The notes under the pieces: model-generated
What the model was told of the DNA's origin: nothing
Seen by the model: the letters and a program-made list of their open reading frames with translations, nothing else
The model's database searches: none
From: Felis catus
Taxonomy: Eukaryota
Assembly: GCF_018350175.1 (NCBI RefSeq)
Contig: NC_058382.1
Span: 3,844,001 to 3,908,000, forward strand
Length of the DNA stretch: 64,000 nt
Direction of reading: 5' to 3'
Part shown: positions 61,870 through 64,000 of the stretch, piece after piece
Layout: each line of letters starts with the position of its first letter
How positions within the stretch are numbered: position 1 is the stretch's first letter
Program-made: the position numbers and the translations under genes

Positions 61870-63230
61870 CCCTGGGCCATCCCTCCCCTGGTTTTGTCAA
61901 CTTGCTTCTAACCTACAGAATATGGCAAAGGAGATAGGATGTCACTTCAGCGGTCATGCTACTGAAGAATACAACTGCCATCTTGACAGTGGGCTTTTTC
62001 TACCTTCCTTGTGCATTTGGATGATGATGTGGAATCCCTGTTTTGGGAAAAGCCCACTTGGCAAGGAACCGAGGGCCGTCTCCAGCCAGCAAGGAACTGG
62101 CTTCTTCCAACAAGCATGTGGGCTTGTGTTGTATAATAAAGAATTTGGCTGGTCGTTGTCCCTGGCTCCCGGGAGCTAATCTCTAAGCGCTTGGAATCTC
62201 TCACCCTTTTTTGAAGTTTATTTATTTATTTTGAAGAGACAGAGGCAGTGCAAGTAGGGAGGCGCAGAGAGAGAGGGAGAGAGAGAATCCCAAGCAGGTT
62301 TTGTGTTGTCAGCACAGAGCCCGATGTGGGGCTCAAACTCACAAACTGTGAGATGGTGGCCTGAGCTGAAATCAAGAGTCAGACACTCAACTGACTGAGT
62401 CCCCCAGGGAACCCCTTGGATCTCTTGGGTAACAGCAGCATCTTTATTATTCACAGCAGGCACCTTGGAACACACCTGAGTTTATGGCAGTGAGATGACT
62501 CAGGATGGGGGCTGGTGGTGCCAGAAAGACCATGTGATTACAAGGTTACAGCCTTGACCTCTGGGGATGAGAAGAGGCTGCAGATAGAGTCAATCATGTG
62601 GGCAATGCTGCAATCAATCATGCCTATGTGATGATATCCCCAAGAAAACTGTGCACACTGAGGCTCAGGGAGTTTTCTGGCTGGTGACACATCCTGAGAC
62701 CATAGGAAGCTTTGCTTTTGGGGCCCTCCCAGGCTTCACCCGATGTGTCTCTAAATCTAGATGGTCTTGATTTATATCCTTTATAATAGAAATTGTAATC
62801 ATAAATATAGTGCTTTCTTGAATTCTTTGAGTGGTTCTAGCAAGTTATTCAACCTCACGGAGTAGTGGGAACCTACAAAAATTTAGGTCATCTGTTCATG
62901 GGTGCAGGTGGCTCAGGAACAGCTGAGCACACAGCTGGTGTCTGCAGTGAGGACAGTCCTGTGGGCCCCTCACCCTTAGCCTGTGAAGTCTGTGCTCACT
63001 CTGGGTGACGCGTGTCAGAAGTGCAGCACGGAAGTGGATCCTTCCCCAGCTGAGCTTCCGGATTAGACCCCAGCCCCGGCTGACTCGACGACTGCAGGTC
63101 ACAGACAACCCTGCTCAGCGATGCTTCGGCTCTTGGCCCCCAAAACAATGAAATACTGAAGGTGTGCTGCTTAAGCTGCTACCTTCAGGGTAATGCTGTT
63201 ACAGAGCAATAGATAACTGAAACACTCACA
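61870..63230 (+). mobile_element. Nested LTRs: an MLT1-type LTR interrupted by a MER21-like LTR (about 62130-63110), itself interrupted by a SINE
   Basis: MLT1 motifs at 61900-62125 and 63140-63225. MER21-like tataataaagaatttggc..cacacctgagtttatg..gagatgactcagg in between. Family names are from recall. Confidence 0.6.
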
Positions 63231-64000
63231 CCATTGTGGGCATCATTCCACAGAATGGACCCAAGACACAGAGACACCTTCACCACTGGGGGCTGGGGGT
63301 GGGGAGCGTCATGTGATTTTCTGGAAAGGAAATGGGCTTTGGAGACAAAGCTGGGTTCCAACTCCTGCACCTGCCTCTCCTACCTCTGTGTCTTTGTGCA
63401 AGGGGACCTGCCTCACTGCCTCTCAGGTTACATATTCCCAGTTAATTTGCCCCCACCCGCCACATTTTACCAAGTACAATTTGGAATTTCGTCAAATACA
63501 ATTTGGTAAAAAATAATGGTTCAGGGGCGCCTGGGTGGCTCAGTCGGTTGAGCGTCCGACTTCAGCCCGGGTCACGATCTCGCGGTCTGTGAGTTCGAGC
63601 CCCGCGTCAGGCTCTGGGCTGATGGCTCAGAGCCTGGAGCCTGCTTCCGATTCTGTGTCTCCCTCTCTCTGACCCTCCCCCGTTCATGCTCTGTCTCTCT
63701 CTGTCTCAAGAATAAACAAACAAAAAAAAATAATAATAATGGTTCACCTATACCATGAAGTCAGCAAGTTGGTCAAAGTGTGGGTAAACTGGGATTTACA
63801 TTAAAAAAAAATTTTTTTTTTAATTAGGGGTGTGTGGGTGGCTCAGTCAAACATTGGACTTTGGTTGAGGTCGTGATCTCATGGTTCGTGGGTTCGAGCC
63901 CTGCAATCTCACGTTTGTGGCTTTGAACCCCTCGTTGGGGTCTGCACTGACAGTGTGGAGCCTGCCTGGGATTCCTCTCTCTGCCCCTCCCCACTCACAC

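Overview
Mammalian genomic DNA from a feliform carnivore (dense felid-type tRNA-derived CAN-SINEs), syntenic with human 19q13.42 at the edge of the leukocyte receptor complex. From left to right: a CCAAT-rich CpG promoter (CNOT3 by synteny); complete PRPF31 (minus, 13 coding exons, 499 aa); TFPT (plus, 253 aa), which shares a bidirectional promoter with PRPF31; NDUFA3 (minus, 84 aa); OSCAR (plus, 262 aa); and a TARM1-like two-Ig gene. I traced the exon boundaries by hand and they close in frame. The most striking result is in the TARM1-like gene. I found no activating Arg-containing TM exon after its Ig exons. Instead there are small stalk exons, an uncharged TM exon and a VSTM1/LAIR1-type cytoplasmic tail with ITIM motifs (VTYAEL, CVYLTL). 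This module has two homopolymer frame anomalies and two GC donors, and the gene's leader is unusually polar, so it may be an inhibitory TARM1, a TARM1-VSTM1 fusion or a decaying gene. Other points: three MSR1-like 36-39 bp minisatellite arrays (one upstream of PRPF31), two cases of composite SINE chains apparently copied 2-3 kb downstream, and a candidate poison exon in PRPF31 intron 11. There are four N gaps. Repeat family names and comparisons with human proteins come from recall, not from database searches.
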